Shown: positions 11,570-24,643, counted from the first letter of the stretch. The stretch: DNA of 64,000 bases from Octopus sinensis (GCF_006345805.1 NW_021833431.1:1-64000); one strand, 5' to 3'. Notes: generated by a model not told the origin, from the letters alone. Made by a program: numbers and translations.

Positions 11570-11905
11570 GAAGGAGTACAGCTAAGTAGTCAAAAAAGCA
11601 CCGGTCTCACAGCCATAGGGTAGAGGGTTCGATTCCCGGACCGGGCTGTGTGCTTTTTTCATTTTTTTTTCTTTTTTTTTGTTGAGCAAGACACTTTATT
11701 TGACGATGATCCAATTCACTCATCTTTGGAAATGAGTTGTGGCACCACTGGTACCAAGCTCTTTCGGCCTTTACCTTTACTTTGGATTACATTGGTAGCG
11801 TGAACTGGGGAGGCTGATATCCATGGACGACATTCCGGACTTGTGCTTCTGAAGGAAACTTTCAAGGTGCTATTTCGTGATCATTCGTGACCGAAAGGGT
11901 TTTCT
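11570..11905 (+). mobile_element. tRNA-derived SINE, family E (diverged)
   Basis: A-box-like AGCTAAGTAGTC, B-box GGTTCGATTCCC, then TTGAGCAAGACACTTTATT...CAATTCACTCA; related head at 50880. Confidence 0.65.
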
Positions 11906-12961
11906 ATGTGTGTGTGTTGTTGTTGTTGTTGTTGTATGTTACCTCTTTGGCTACAACAGACCTGACAAAATGGTAAAAGCGCGGCCCTGGAGGATGGCGA
12001 GGAAGATGAGCTGAAATAGCTTCTTTGAGGTTTCCATTCGAATTTGTAATCGTTCTCCGACAAAGCTTACCGTATATACTCATGGATAGGTCACTCTTGT
12101 ATATAAATCGGGCCGCAAATTTAGCGTTAAATCGTAGTAGATTTTTTTCTGACTTTTGCACTATTTCTTTTCTTTTTGAAACTGAGTATAAGATAGTGTG
12201 ACTAATATCATGAATAAACACCGTCAACATTTTTCAACTAAGAATTACAACGCAATATAATATATTTGTAGAAATTGGACCAGGGATCGAAACCGAGTCG
12301 CATTCTTCGCTTTTCCAGACATGATTGTTATCTATCACGCTAATGCTGCAGTAAAGACTTCTTAGTGTAGCACAAGGTTAAACAGTGTCCATTCCTTTTT
12401 CTTTATTTCTGTAGGAAATATTAGTAATGTTGATGTAGTAAGCCATTAATACGTTATCTTAACAATCAACGGTGGCGAACTAGCGGAATCGTTAGCCTGT
12501 CCGACAAAATGCTTAGCAGTATTTCGTTGTGAGTTCAAATTCCGCCAAGGTCGATAGAGCTTTTTAATCTATCAGGGTCGAAAAACTAACTGCTAATCAT
12601 GTAATGAGGTCGATGCAATCGCCTACCCATCCCCTCCAAAACTTCTGGCCCTCTGCCAAAACTTTAAAGCATTAATTTGGCAATCCCCACAAAGACAAAG
12701 TCAACGTCTAGGAATTCGAATCCAGAGGATAATGAGAGAGAATTACAAACAGCCAAAAATATGAATATAGCTGCAACATAGATAGGCGCAGCGAATGGAT
12801 TGTGCCAAGAATAAGTTCTCATAGTAATTACATGGTTGCGGTTTCAATTCTAAATTGCAGTGTGCTGTAGTTTATTCGAATATAGCCATGGGTTGATTAA
12901 TAATTGTGTGAATAGAATTTCGTTGCCGAAAACTACAAAATCTTCTCGAATATATATATAT

Positions 12962-13161
12962 AGGGAGAGTTTACGAAAAAAAAAAAAACAAAAGATGAAG
13001 ACAGGTGGTGTAGAAAACAAACAGATGTATTAGTATAACGCTCAGGAATAGAAAAAGTATTTTACGTTTCGAGCCTACGCTCTTCTACAGAAAGGGACAC
13101 AAAAAAAACAAGGAGAGAAACAAGGAGAGAAAAAAATGTGTGTAGTGGCTAACGATCTATC

Positions 13162-13165
<4 letters not shown>
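12962..13165 (-). mobile_element. (TA)n-embedded repeat family F (Penelope-like end) with a variant minimal hammerhead motif
   Basis: Reverse complement homologous to 28560-28790; contains CTGTAGAA-GAGC gtag GCTC-GAAACGTA on the minus strand (13093-13060). Confidence 0.6.
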
Positions 13166-13202
<37 letters not shown>

Positions 13203-13204
<2 letters not shown>

Positions 13205-13322
13205 AATTCCACCGAGGTCGACTTTGCTTTTCATCCATTCGGGGTCGATGTAATCGACTTAATCCCTTTGTCTGTCCTTGTTTGTCACCTCTATGTTTAG
13301 CCCCTTTTGGGAAATAAAGAAA
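13203..13322 (+). mobile_element. SINE family A, 3' half with internal deletion
   Basis: CAAATTCCACCGAGGTCGACTTTGC...GGGGTCGATGTAATCGACTTAATCCC...AAAGAAATA. Confidence 0.85.
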
Positions 13323-14244
13323 TATATATGTATATATTTATGTATATATATATATATATATATATTACACGTGTTAGAGAGGTGTAACGCAGAAGAGTAC
13401 TCTCTATATTATATAATTATGTGAGTCTAAGATATACAAAAATGGAAGCCTGAAAAATATCTAACAATCGTGATTATATAAGTTATTACATTAGACAGTA
13501 GTTCACGCATTGAGCAACATCACGAAAATTTCTTTCAATGGGCATCACTCTGCCGATATCAGTTGATCGGAAAATTTGGGATTCGACGGACAATGTAGCT
13601 TAGACTGGATCTTGCATCTAATGCCAAACAGTGAAAGAAATAAAGATGTTTTAAACATATAAGATTTTAGCAAGCATACAGCACCCAAGAAGAATTATAT
13701 ATGGTTTCTATCGATATATACACACAAGAAGCTACTTGGATAGCGAAAACAGGTAGATTTCAATACCGTTGAAAAGACAGGGCTAAGTTTATTAAATGGC
13801 ACATGCTTGCAATAGCTGAAGAACAAAAGCATGCATCGAATAAATCACTGCTGAGAAACTAAGAGTTTTTAATGTAAGTGGTGTATGCCTCTGTCATTTA
13901 ACATGTGTGTGTGTGTGTGTTCCCTTTTGGAATCGATAAAATATGTACCACTTCAGCATTGTGGTCGATGTTATTGTCTAATTCTTCCTCGTGAAATTAT
14001 GTTACTTGGCCCAAAATTTGAAATCTTTTTCAACCTGATAGAATCGTTTACACGCCGGACAAAATGCCAAACCACATTTCTTCCAGCGTTACATTCCCAC
14101 TTCAAATTCTGCAGCGGTCAACTTTGCATTTCGTCCAATCGGTGTTAACAAAATATGTAGCAGTTAAACACCGAGGTCGATGAAATCGACTAGCCCCTGA
14201 AATTCCAGGTCCTTATTATTATTTTAATTATCCGTGTTACTTTC

Positions 14245-14594
14245 GAGACAAGGCCAGGAATTAAAAAAAAAAAAAATCCAGTCGATTACATCGACCCCAG
14301 TGTAATAGTGCTTATTTTATCGACTCCGAAAGGATGACAGCAAAGTGAATTTCGACGAAATTTGATCTCACAATATATATTTCTTTACTACCTACAAGGG
14401 GCAAAACACCGAGAGGACAAACAGATTAAGTCGATTATATCGACCCCAGTGCGTACCTGATACTTAATTTATCGACCCCGAATGGATGAAAGACAAAGTC
14501 GACCTCAGCGGAATTTGAACTCAGAACAAAACGGCAGACGAAATACGGCTTCGCATTTCGCCCGGCTTGCTAACGTATCTGCCAGCTCGCCGCC
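14245..14594 (-). mobile_element. Young SINE-A (14378-14594) inserted into an older SINE-A, 17-bp TSD
   Basis: TTTGATCTCACAATATA at 14361-14377 and 14595-14611. Confidence 0.88.
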
Positions 14595-15271
14595 TTTGAT
14601 CTCACAATATAAAGACGGTCCACATACCTCTAGACGTTTTATTCGGCGAGCTAATGATTCCTGCTGCCAACTAACTCACCACTATATATCGTTTGTATTA
14701 TAATCAAAACCAACAAGACACATTAAGGCACAGTTTAAGCGATTAATATAGTCGATCGCACCGTTCGTTCCTTGTGCCTCTGTCAGAAATCAATGTAATC
14801 GATTGAGTATGATGTAATACATATATACAAAAGTCAGTGGAAGCCAGAGATTATCTGAACTCATTTCGTTAGTTTAAGAAAGGAAAGCACACACACTTCG
14901 GAACCAATTACTTATTTCCTTCTACCGTTTCTGCCATTTCTTGTTTACAGTGTTTAATCACAACATAACTTGACAGAGATTGACATGACTGGATTAGGCG
15001 CAACGCCAGCAGTTGTAAGAGCAGCAGTAGTAGTAGTAGTAGGTTCGGTATAGCTTCAGCAACAGCATTGCTCGTAGTTGTATAAGCATCCACAGCAATG
15101 CAGAAGCGACAGCAGCAGTATAGCAGCAGTAGTAATAGCAGTAGCAGCAGTAGTGAAAGTTATAAGATGTCAGCTGTAATTAAATAATAGCAGTAATCAC
15201 ATGCGACAGATTGTAAGCGCAACATCTTTCACAGAAAAGTTAATCGAGGCCGATCTATAAACGGTATCCCA

Positions 15272-15363
<92 letters not shown>

Positions 15364-15364
15364 T

Positions 15365-15600
15365 AAAGGCGGAGAACTGGCAGAAACGTTAGCACGCCGG
15401 GTGAAAAGCTAAGCGGTATTTCGTCTGCCGCTACGTTCTGAGTTCAAATTCCGCCGAGGTCGACTTTGCCTTTCATTCTTTCGGGGTCGATTAAATAAGT
15501 ACCAGTTACGCGCTGGGGTCGATGTAATCGACTTAATCCCTTTGTCTGTCCTTGATTGTCCCCTCTATGTTTAGCCCTTTGTGGGTAGTAAAGAAATATA
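15365..15600 (+). mobile_element. SINE family A, full length
   Basis: Near-consensus copy, AAAGGCGGAGAACTGGCAGAAACG...AAAGAAATA. Confidence 0.92.
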
Positions 15601-15692
15601 TATATATATGCGTATATACACACTTACGTACGTACTCTTGTGAGTGCGTTGTGGATCAAGCGTATATTTTTCTTAACATTTCTCTCGCACTG

Positions 15693-15741
<49 letters not shown>

Positions 15742-15769
15742 CTTCGAAACACGCATTGAGTCAAAACAG

Positions 15770-16018
15770 GGGCAGCCGAAGAAGGGGAATGTCCCTTGTA
15801 TTGTTTGTCTTGTACTCTATTTTTTCGTTGTTAAAAAAAGTCCGTTTCTTTGTTTAGTTCTATGTTTTCGTTTCTCGTTGTGTTTTACGTCTATTTGTGG
15901 TGTCCTGTACTCATATATGCATGTATATATACATGTAGATGTAGGTCTGTACATATATGTATGTATGAATGTATGTATGTATGTATGTATGCATATGTTT
16001 TATTTATTAAATTGTTAG

Positions 16019-16020
<2 letters not shown>
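15770..16020. mobile_element. (TA)n-embedded repeat family G (copy 1)
   Basis: GAAGAAGGGG...TGTACTCTATTTTTT...CTATGTTTTCGTTTCTC.TTGTGTT..ACGT...GGTGTCCTGTACTC; homologous to 42850-43085 and, inverted, to 63745-63930. Confidence 0.75.
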
Positions 16021-16058
<38 letters not shown>

Positions 16059-16177
16059 AAGGGGGAAGCTACATATTGAGACGATAAACACACACACGCA
16101 TATATACTTATATACACACTCACGTACGTACTCTAGTGCATGCGTTGTGGATCAAGCGTATATTTTTCTAAACATTT

Positions 16178-16402
16178 GAGCTGGCAGAAACATTAGCACG
16201 CCGGGCGAAATGCGTAGCCGTATTTTGTCTGTCGTTACGTTCTGAGTTCAAATTCCGCCGAGGTCGACTTTGCCTTTCATCCTTTCGGGGTCGATAAATA
16301 AAGTACCAGTTTCCCACTGGGGTCGATGTAATCGACTTAATTCCATTATCTGTCCTTGTTTGTCCCCTCTATGTTTAGCCCATTGTCGGTAGTAAAGAAA
16401 TA
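16178..16402 (+). mobile_element. SINE family A, near full length
   Basis: Consensus match. Confidence 0.9.
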
Positions 16403-16689
16403 CATTTTTCACACAATATCGCTTTATATATGTGTGTGTGTGTGTGGAGAGAGAGAGAGAGAGAGAGAGAGAAAGGGCGGGAGAGAGAGAAAGGGTGGGA
16501 GAGAGAGAGAGAGAGAGAGAGAGAGGGAAGCCATATATTGTGATTTTCTTGGGACTCGGGATTCAACGCTTTCGATAGAGATAACCTGTTGAGAATCCAT
16601 GTACAATAACGAGTTTAGGTTCCAGATACGTTAGGATTAATAATTCGATTATAATATGTATGATTATTATTGGTGGCTTCTACTTTGTA

Positions 16690-17012
16690 CGTGTGTGTAA
16701 GAGAAAGGCGGAGGAAAGAGAGGGCACTTATGAAGAGTGGTGTGTGTTGTGTGTGTGACTATGTATTTCTATATGTGTATGTATGCATAAATATATATGT
16801 ACACACATACACACACATAAATACGCACAAACACACATACATATATATATATATACATACACACACATAAACACAAGTATATATATATATACACACACAT
16901 ATATACATACGCACACATATCTATATACACATTCACGTATACACACTATGTATCCCAATATGTGTATGTATGCATACATATATATGTACACACATACACA
17001 GACATAAATACG

Positions 17013-17056
<44 letters not shown>

Positions 17057-17310
17057 GCACACACATATATATACACACACATATATATGTGCACACATCT
17101 ATATATACATTCACATACACACATATAGACACATATATACACACACACACACTTATATACACACACATATATACAGATATACACACACATACGTATATAC
17201 ACATGCACATATGTATACCCACATACACTCATACATACATACATACAAACATACACGCATATATATATACACACACACACGTGTGTGTGTCTGTATTCTT
17301 TGTGTGTATG
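16690..17310. repeat. Compound (CA)/(TA)/(CATA) microsatellite field
   Basis: Seen directly. Confidence 0.95.
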
Positions 17311-17930
17311 TGGAACGCCTGTGCTTTAAGCTCCACACAAATCATGAGCTACATATGAAGCAGGCCTTGTCTCCATAAATCAAAAGCCGTGTAAATATAC
17401 TAAGCAAATTTATACAGAATCAAATTAAATATATATGCGAGCGCACCAAATATTTATACACGAGAATATGTATCAGTGTGAATGTTGTGCTTGCCAGACC
17501 TTGGTTCCGCTTGCCAGACCTTGGTTCCGCAAAACGTATGATCAAAAGTGCTGCAAATCTCACCAGCAAGCCATTTGTTTTTAATTGTCTTACCAATCTT
17601 TTTAGGCGTTTGGTTCGTTAGACCGCCGTCTCATTGGGCCTCCGAATGAATCGCCCCCACAGGAGTTAGTCTCAGAACTCGACAAGCTAGGCTTCTAATT
17701 TTCATTTTGGTGCTTACTTGTTCTATAGCTATCTTTTGTTGAACTGCTAAGTTGTGGGGGCGTAAACAAACCAAGAGCGGGTGCCCAACGATTGTGGGGA
17801 ATAAATACAGATACACATATTCGTATATACATATATGTGTGTGTGTCTGTGTGTCTACGTGAATGATGGGCTTCTACATAGTTTCTCTCTTACAAAATTC
17901 TCTCACAAATTGATCGTCCTACAGCTGTTG

Positions 17931-18285
17931 TCTTCTTCTTCTTCTTCCATTCATGTCTCACGTCATTAGCCACAAAGTATAATCTCTAAATCGAGCCTAC
18001 TCAAAGCTACTAAAAATGCGTGTGGCAACTTTAAGATCCACCCACCACACGCGATAGACTGGCGGTTACAAGGGCGCAAAAGCTACGTTGTTATCCTCAT
18101 TCCGTAAACGGTGGTTTTTAACGGGTGGAGAGCTGAACCGTCCTGGGGTACAGAGGATTCGCATCTAGACTAGGGTCTGAAAGTTTACAACACCATAGTG
18201 GGTTACACTATGGTTCTTCTGCTTTGTGGCAGAAGTAGGAAGAATGAGTGAGAGAAAGTTGTGGTGAAAGAGTGCACTCCGAAGT
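17931..18285 (-). mobile_element. SINE family C, long-tail variant C2 ((GAA)n end), 3' part
   Basis: Reverse complement of 19880-20205; homologous to 58628-58960. Confidence 0.85.
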
Positions 18286-18458
18286 ATTTTGGCCGGCGTG
18301 TTAACGATTCTGCCAGCTTACCGTCTTCATAATAATAATAATAATAACCCCTTCTATAGGTACAAGACCTGAAATTTTGGGGGAGGGGAATAATCGATTG
18401 AATCGACAGCAGTACTTGAACGGTATTTATATTATCGGTCTCGAAATGATTATTATCA

Positions 18459-18502
<44 letters not shown>

Positions 18503-18574
18503 ATATCATTATTATTATTATTATTATTAGTAGTAGTAGTAGTAGTAGTAGTAGTTGTAGTTGTAGTAGTGATG

Positions 18575-18890
18575 GTGGTCCTCTGTTGTTGATGACGACT
18601 CATTACGAGTTTTCAGAATTTTTCGAATAGCATTTCCTTTCTGTTTGAAGAGGGGTAGGTTGTGATATTGGGACAAATTGGTAATTATTTCCAGCAGGTC
18701 AAGAGACCACTCAGAAAGTCTGTCGAAATGGAAGTCGAACTGTTAAGTGAAGGCAAAGTCGGCCTCAAAGCGCGCATGAAGTAGAGTGCATTTAGGATGT
18801 GATGATACTGGAATCACGCGTTCCTTTTTCCTGTAGAATAATTAGAGGGAGTCTTCGATGATATATCGTATAGGTCGTACAAATGCCTAT
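18575..18890. mobile_element. Interspersed repeat family D (copy 2)
   Basis: Homologous to 5710-5905 with an extra internal segment. Confidence 0.7.
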
Positions 18891-19448
18891 CATACTTCCT
18901 GGCTTTGCATACAGGAATATTGTGCTTAGTGTTCGTAAAAGTACACGGGGAAGTTACACACGCACCCAGACAAACAGAGAAACACATTTGTATTATATTA
19001 CATATATTAGCCCACTGAGGCTAATATATGCCAAATATAACAATATTATATATATATAATATGTAAGAATAACATATGTAGTATATACAATTATGTGGGT
19101 AATATATATATTTTTACGTACCATAATAATGCAAGTCATAAAATATTAATATATGTAATGTGACCGGATTCTGGTGTCGCCCACTATAGTTGCCAATGTG
19201 TACTTTCTGGTTTAAGACAAAGATTTTGTTGTTGGAAAATATTTGTTGTTATTTCTCATAGATTGAGCGACAATTTTAAGTGTCTCTGAATGGTTTCCCC
19301 TATCGAAGTTCTATATGGAAATAAAGATGGCGGCTCGCATAAACAGAAGCCAGTCATTTTCTTACTTATTGGCTCATCAGAATAATTTTCTTTTCCTTTC
19401 TAGTCCGTATATACATTCACAAACATAAATTTTTCCGAATACATTGTG

Positions 19449-19492
<44 letters not shown>

Positions 19493-19771
19493 ACACTTGT
19501 CCAAGGTTCCACGCAATGGGACCTATCACGGAGCTACGCGATCGGAAAACAAGCTCCTTACCACACAACCACACTTGCTTGTGTGTGTGTTCGATTGTGT
19601 ATATGTGTGAGTATGTAAATTCTTTTTTATGCATTGAACTGCTTAACAAGCACACTATTTGAAAAATACGCATTATTGGAATTGCTTTCATAATTCATTC
19701 TAGAACAATACCTATGTCTGTCCTTGTTTGTCCCCTCTGTGTTTCGCCCCTTGTGGGTAATAAAGAAATAG

Positions 19772-20205
19772 GTTGCAAGAGCACGGTTTCGAATCCCAGA
19801 CCGAGTATTGTGGGTGTTTATTGAGTAAAAACACCTATGCTCCACGAGGTTCTGGCGGGGATGGGTAGTGAACCCCTCTGTTCTCTTTCACAGCAACTTT
19901 CTCTCACTCATTCTTCCTACTTCTGCCATAACAGAGGAACCATGGTGTAACTCACTATGGTGTGGTAAACTTTCAGACCCTAGTCTAGATTGCGAATCCT
20001 CTGTACCACTGGATGGTTCAGCTCTCCACCCGTTAAAAGCCACCGCTTACGGAATGACCTTTCGCGCCTGTGCAACCGCCAGTCTATCGCGTGTGGTAGG
20101 TGGATCTTCAAGTCTCCACACGCAATTTTAGTAGCTAGAGTAGGCTCGAATTAGAGATTATTCTTTGTGGCTAATGGGGTGAGTCCTGATTGAAGAAGAA
20201 GAAGA
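19772..20205 (+). mobile_element. SINE family C variant C2, preceded by a SINE-A tail fragment (19705-19771)
   Basis: GGTTTCGAATCCCAGACCG B-box, body CTCTTTCACAGCAACTTTCTCTCACTC, ends GAGTCCTGATTGAAGAAGAAGAAG. Confidence 0.85.
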
Positions 20206-20380
20206 CAGCAACATAAAATAGCAAAATATTCCCCAAGGACAACATGTAACACAGGTACCGAGCTTTACAACCATGAGCCGTTTACCTTAACCATTAAGCG
20301 ACGCACCTTCTCATACTTCGAACTTCTACGGTTAATAAAAATACACACACTGTCACATTCGCACTGTCTCTGCGCACGTG

Positions 20381-20422
<42 letters not shown>

Positions 20423-20447
20423 ATATATATATATTATATATATATAT

Positions 20448-20832
20448 ACTCTTTTACTTGTTTCAGTCATTTGACTGCGGCCGTGCTGGAGCACCGCCTT
20501 CAATAGTGCAACTCGACCCTGGGACTTATTCTTTTGTAAGCACAGTACTTATTCTATCGGTCTCTTTTGCCGAACCACTAAGTAACGGGGACATTAACAC
20601 ACCGGCATCGGTTGTCAAGCAATGCTAGCGGGACAAACACAGATACACACACATATTTATATATATACATATATACGACGGGCTTCTTTCAGTTTCCGTC
20701 TACCAAATCCACTCACAAGGCTTTGGTCGGCCCGAGGCTATAGTAGAAGACACCTGCCCAAGGTGCCACGCAGTGGGACTGAACCCGGAACCATGTGGTT
20801 GGTAAACAAGCTACTTACCACACAGCCACTCC
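20448..20832 (-). mobile_element. SINE family B, near full length
   Basis: Consensus match, reverse strand. Confidence 0.92.
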
Positions 20833-21204
20833 ATATATATATATATGTCAGTGTGTGTTTATAAGTATGTATGTTCGTATGCATACATACGTGTGTGTGT
20901 GCGTGCCTGCATACATATAAACATGTATGTGTGTGTCTACATTGATATTTAAGTCGACGGCGGTTGGAAAACGGTGTCTGTTTTTTATGGCTGTTTAGAA
21001 TGCAATGACTGTACCAAGCAGAAGAGTATGTCAATGTATGTAGCACTGTATGTTTAATACTTCTGTTTGTATAATTGCCAGAAATTGGGTTGTATAGTCT
21101 TCGTTGCTTGTGTCAGTTAAATTAAGCGTACATACTAACGATTATAAACATGTCCATTGACCTTCTCTCTTTGTCCTTTTTGTGTATGTATGTATTTGTC
21201 TTTA

Positions 21205-21209
21205 TGTTT

Positions 21210-21267
<58 letters not shown>

Positions 21268-21332
21268 CATATCTATATACACACATATATATATATAAAC
21301 ATACTCATATATACACACATATATATATATAT

Positions 21333-21363
<31 letters not shown>

Positions 21364-21800
21364 AACATACTCATATATACACCACATATATATATAAACA
21401 TACTCAAATATACACACACATATATATAAACATACTCATATATACACACACACACATATATATAAAACACATACTCATATATATACACACATTTATATAT
21501 AAACATACTCATATATACACACATATATAAACATACTCATATGTATACACGCATATATATAAACATACTCATATATACACACATATATATATATAAACAT
21601 ATATATATACACACACATATATTTATAAACATATATATATACACACATATATATAAACATATATATACACACATATATATATAAACATACTCATGTATAC
21701 ACACACACATATATATATATATAAACATTCTCATATATACACACACATTTATAAACATATATATATATATACACACATATATATAAACATACACATATAT

Positions 21801-21833
<33 letters not shown>

Positions 21834-21860
21834 AATATACTCATATATACGCACATACAC
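21205..21860. repeat. Minisatellite-like array of TATATAAACATACTCATATATACACAC units within (TA)/(CA)
   Basis: AAACATACTCATAT motif recurs many times. Confidence 0.9.
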
Positions 21861-23090
21861 ACATCGTTTACTTGTGTTCTCTTTAACTAAATCTTTCTCT
21901 TTCTCTCTTAATCTTTGTTTATATTTTCTTCACCCTCCGTTCTCTCCTGCTCTTCTCCTCCTTCTCCTCTTCTTTTTCTCCTCTCCTTCTCTCTCTGTCC
22001 TTCTCACCTCCCCCTCCGTCATATTTTCCTGCTGTTCCTTCGTGCTTCTTCCTCTGCTTTTTTCTTATCATTCATTCATTCATTCCAAACAAGATTCCTT
22101 CTCTTTAGTTACTGCCTTCATTAACACGCCATTCTGTTATCTCTCGTTTTTCTCTTTCTTCACATCCTCAGTTAATTCAAACGTGTGTAGCACCACCTCG
22201 TCTCTTTCTACTATATTTCTCATTCATAATATCTCTTCTCTCACTCAATCACTCCGTTTTCTTTCCTTCCTTTCTTCGCTCTCCTCATCCTTTCTCTCTC
22301 TATCTTACCCGCTCTCATCCACTCGTTCACAAATTCAGCTCTCCATTCGATCTCCTATTCCCACGTATTCACCCAGCCGATTAATCATTCACTCAGCTAT
22401 CCCCATAAACTCATTCATTTAACTATCACTTCAGCATCCGCTCACATTCACGCGCACGCGCACATATGGGCCCCACACATTTCCCGCCCCCCTCACACAC
22501 GTACTCGCCCATTCATGCACTCTCCTTGTCAAATCCTGTTGCAGTCACCTGGTCAAATATTCACTCATTCGCGTTAGCTGAACGATGAAAAGAGAAATGC
22601 CGCGAAGAAAACTTAAAATAACAAAAAAATAAACAATAACCTAGTGAGGCCTTCTGCATAAAGAACACGCAGTTAAGTGAAGGACTAATCATAATATAGT
22701 CAGCAAATAAAGGGAGATCGTTGTTAGTTAATTAAAATTGCTCACCTAATGAAGAAAATAATCGTTAGCTCTAATGATTAATAATAATTAAAGTTAATGA
22801 TTTTTGTAGTTTTGATGGATGAAAGGGATTACCCACCCCAGCGAAATTTGAACCCGTCAAATTAGAGAATGATGCTACGAAATACTGTTTGTGATTCAGT
22901 CTTGTGTTGTAAACTTCTTGATCGTTATTGTCACTTCGATCCCTGCTGAGTAAGATACCGGATTATTGATTGCTTCTTCAGACACAACTTTTATTTTGAA
23001 AGATTATTTGTTGGTTTTTGTTTTGGTATTTGTACTCCTGCATCTCCTTTTAATCGACCAGACCGTTCATCAAAAACGTTCCAGCAATGA

Positions 23091-23360
23091 CTGTCCCGTC
23101 ATTGTTTTTTTTTTATCTTTGTTATGTTGGCAGAATGGTTAAGAAGGTGACTTTTACATTCGTGTGTTCTCGGTTTCGATCGACAGTCCCGTCGTTGTTT
23201 TCCTTGTTTATCTGTTGTTGGCAGAATGTTTAAGAAGCTAATTTCACAATCAAGTGGTCCAGTGTTCAATCGACAGTTCCGATATTGATTTTTGTTTTTA
23301 TATCATATTAAGCCAATGGTTAAGAATCTAGTTTTATATTGACGAAGTCCCGGATTATAT
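23091..23360 (+). repeat. Three degenerate approximately 90-bp tandem units resembling tRNA/SINE heads
   Basis: C(A/T)GT(C/T)CCG at 23091, 23184 and 23274; (TTGGCAG)AATG(G/T)TTAAGAA recurs at a 90-91-bp period. Confidence 0.65.
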
Positions 23361-23599
23361 CACATTTCTTGCTTACTTCGGTAATTTTCGTTCACTTTAT
23401 CTTCGGACTTACCTAAGTATTGTAAACAAAACAGGGTGGGCAAAAACTCTCTATAGTCCCGTAGAATTCCTTGTAAAGGTAGTTCATAAACCGGCTATTT
23501 CACACTGTATCCTTTGTCATGTTGAGTCCTCTCAGGATTATGTCGTGGTTAAACGTGCCAGCAGCATACTCCATCGCTTAAACATTAATGCCAAAACGT

Positions 23600-24270
23600 A
23601 AGGCGAGGAGCTTGCAGAAACGTTAGCACGCCGGGCGAAATACCTAGCGGTATTTCGTCTGTCAAAGGCGGCGAGCTGGCAGAATCCTTAGCACGGCGGG
23701 CGAAATAGCTATCAGTATTTCGTCTGACGTTACGTTCTGAGTTCAAATTCCGCCGAGGTCGACTTTGCCTTTCATCCTTTCGGGGTCGATAAATTAAGTA
23801 CCAGTTACGCATTGGTGTCGATGTAATCGACTTAATACCTATGTCTGTCCTTGTTTGTCCCCTCTATGTTTAGCCCCTTGTGTGTAATAAAGAAATAGGC
23901 ATTTCGTCTGCCGCTACATTGTGAGTTCGAATTCCGCCGAGGTCGATATTGCCTTTCATCCTTTTGGTGTCGATTAAACAAGTAACAGTTACGCACTGGG
24001 GTCGACGTAATCGATTTAATCCGTTTGTCTGTCCTTGTTTGTCCTCTCTGTGTTTAGCCCCTTGTGGGTAGTAAAGAAATAGGTATTTCGTCTGTCTTTA
24101 CGTTCTGAGTTCAAATTCCGCTGAGGTCGACTTTGCCTCTCATCCTTTCGAGGTCGATAAATTAAGTACCAGTTACGCACTGGGATCGTTGTAATCGACT
24201 TAATCCCTCTCTCTGTTCTTGTTTGTCTCCCCTCTATGTTTAGCCCCTTGTGGGCTATAAAGAAATAACA
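23600..24270 (+). mobile_element. SINE family A array: duplicated head plus three tandem bodies
   Basis: Partial head 23600-23662; units at about 23663-23897, 23898-24080 and 24081-24268, joined at GAAATAGG|(C/T)ATTTCGTCTG. Confidence 0.9.
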
Positions 24271-24643
24271 AAAACGTGTAATTCATTTGATCGAATAACT
24301 GAATACCCAGTCGAAACCGACGGAGATCCATTCTGCTCTTAAAAGCTATGTATTTTAAGACGTTCGGCTTTGATTCACAAGAAATTCAGCTGATATTGCT
24401 ATCGGATTGTGTAAGCAAATAGAGGAAATCACGTTGACTTGGAAACGATTAATTTACAATCTGACCATTTAACGGTCGGTTTAATTGATCTCATTTCCAA
24501 GGGATTTAAATATAATTAGTAAATTATTGGTTGACAAAACACCCCTCACGCGTGTTCAAAATATAAAGGAATCCAGTAGGATTTATGAATCCAATTACAA
24601 GAGTCATTAGATAGTTTTTTTTTCTTTGAACATGTAGACATGT

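Noticed and set aside
11943-12010. GC-rich 68-nt minus-strand exon candidate (TTTCAG...AAAGAG|GTAACA), frame HLPRHPPGPRFYHFVRSVVAKE
   Set aside because: Weak acceptor, no recognisable protein motif, and adjacent to a pogo/Tigger-like transposon-end remnant at about 12069-12130.
17491-17530. Perfect 20-bp tandem duplication TTGCCAGACCTTGGTTCCGC x2
   Set aside because: Real but an ordinary small slippage duplication with no further structure.
19345-19390. Minus-strand CTGATGAG with a GCCA/TGGC stem
   Set aside because: Followed by TTCT rather than GAAA; not a hammerhead.
7805-24270. Regularly repeated units that could be mistaken for CRISPR or tRNA arrays
   Set aside because: Eukaryotic SINE concatemers with no unique spacers; the heads are SINE A/B boxes, not complete cloverleaves.
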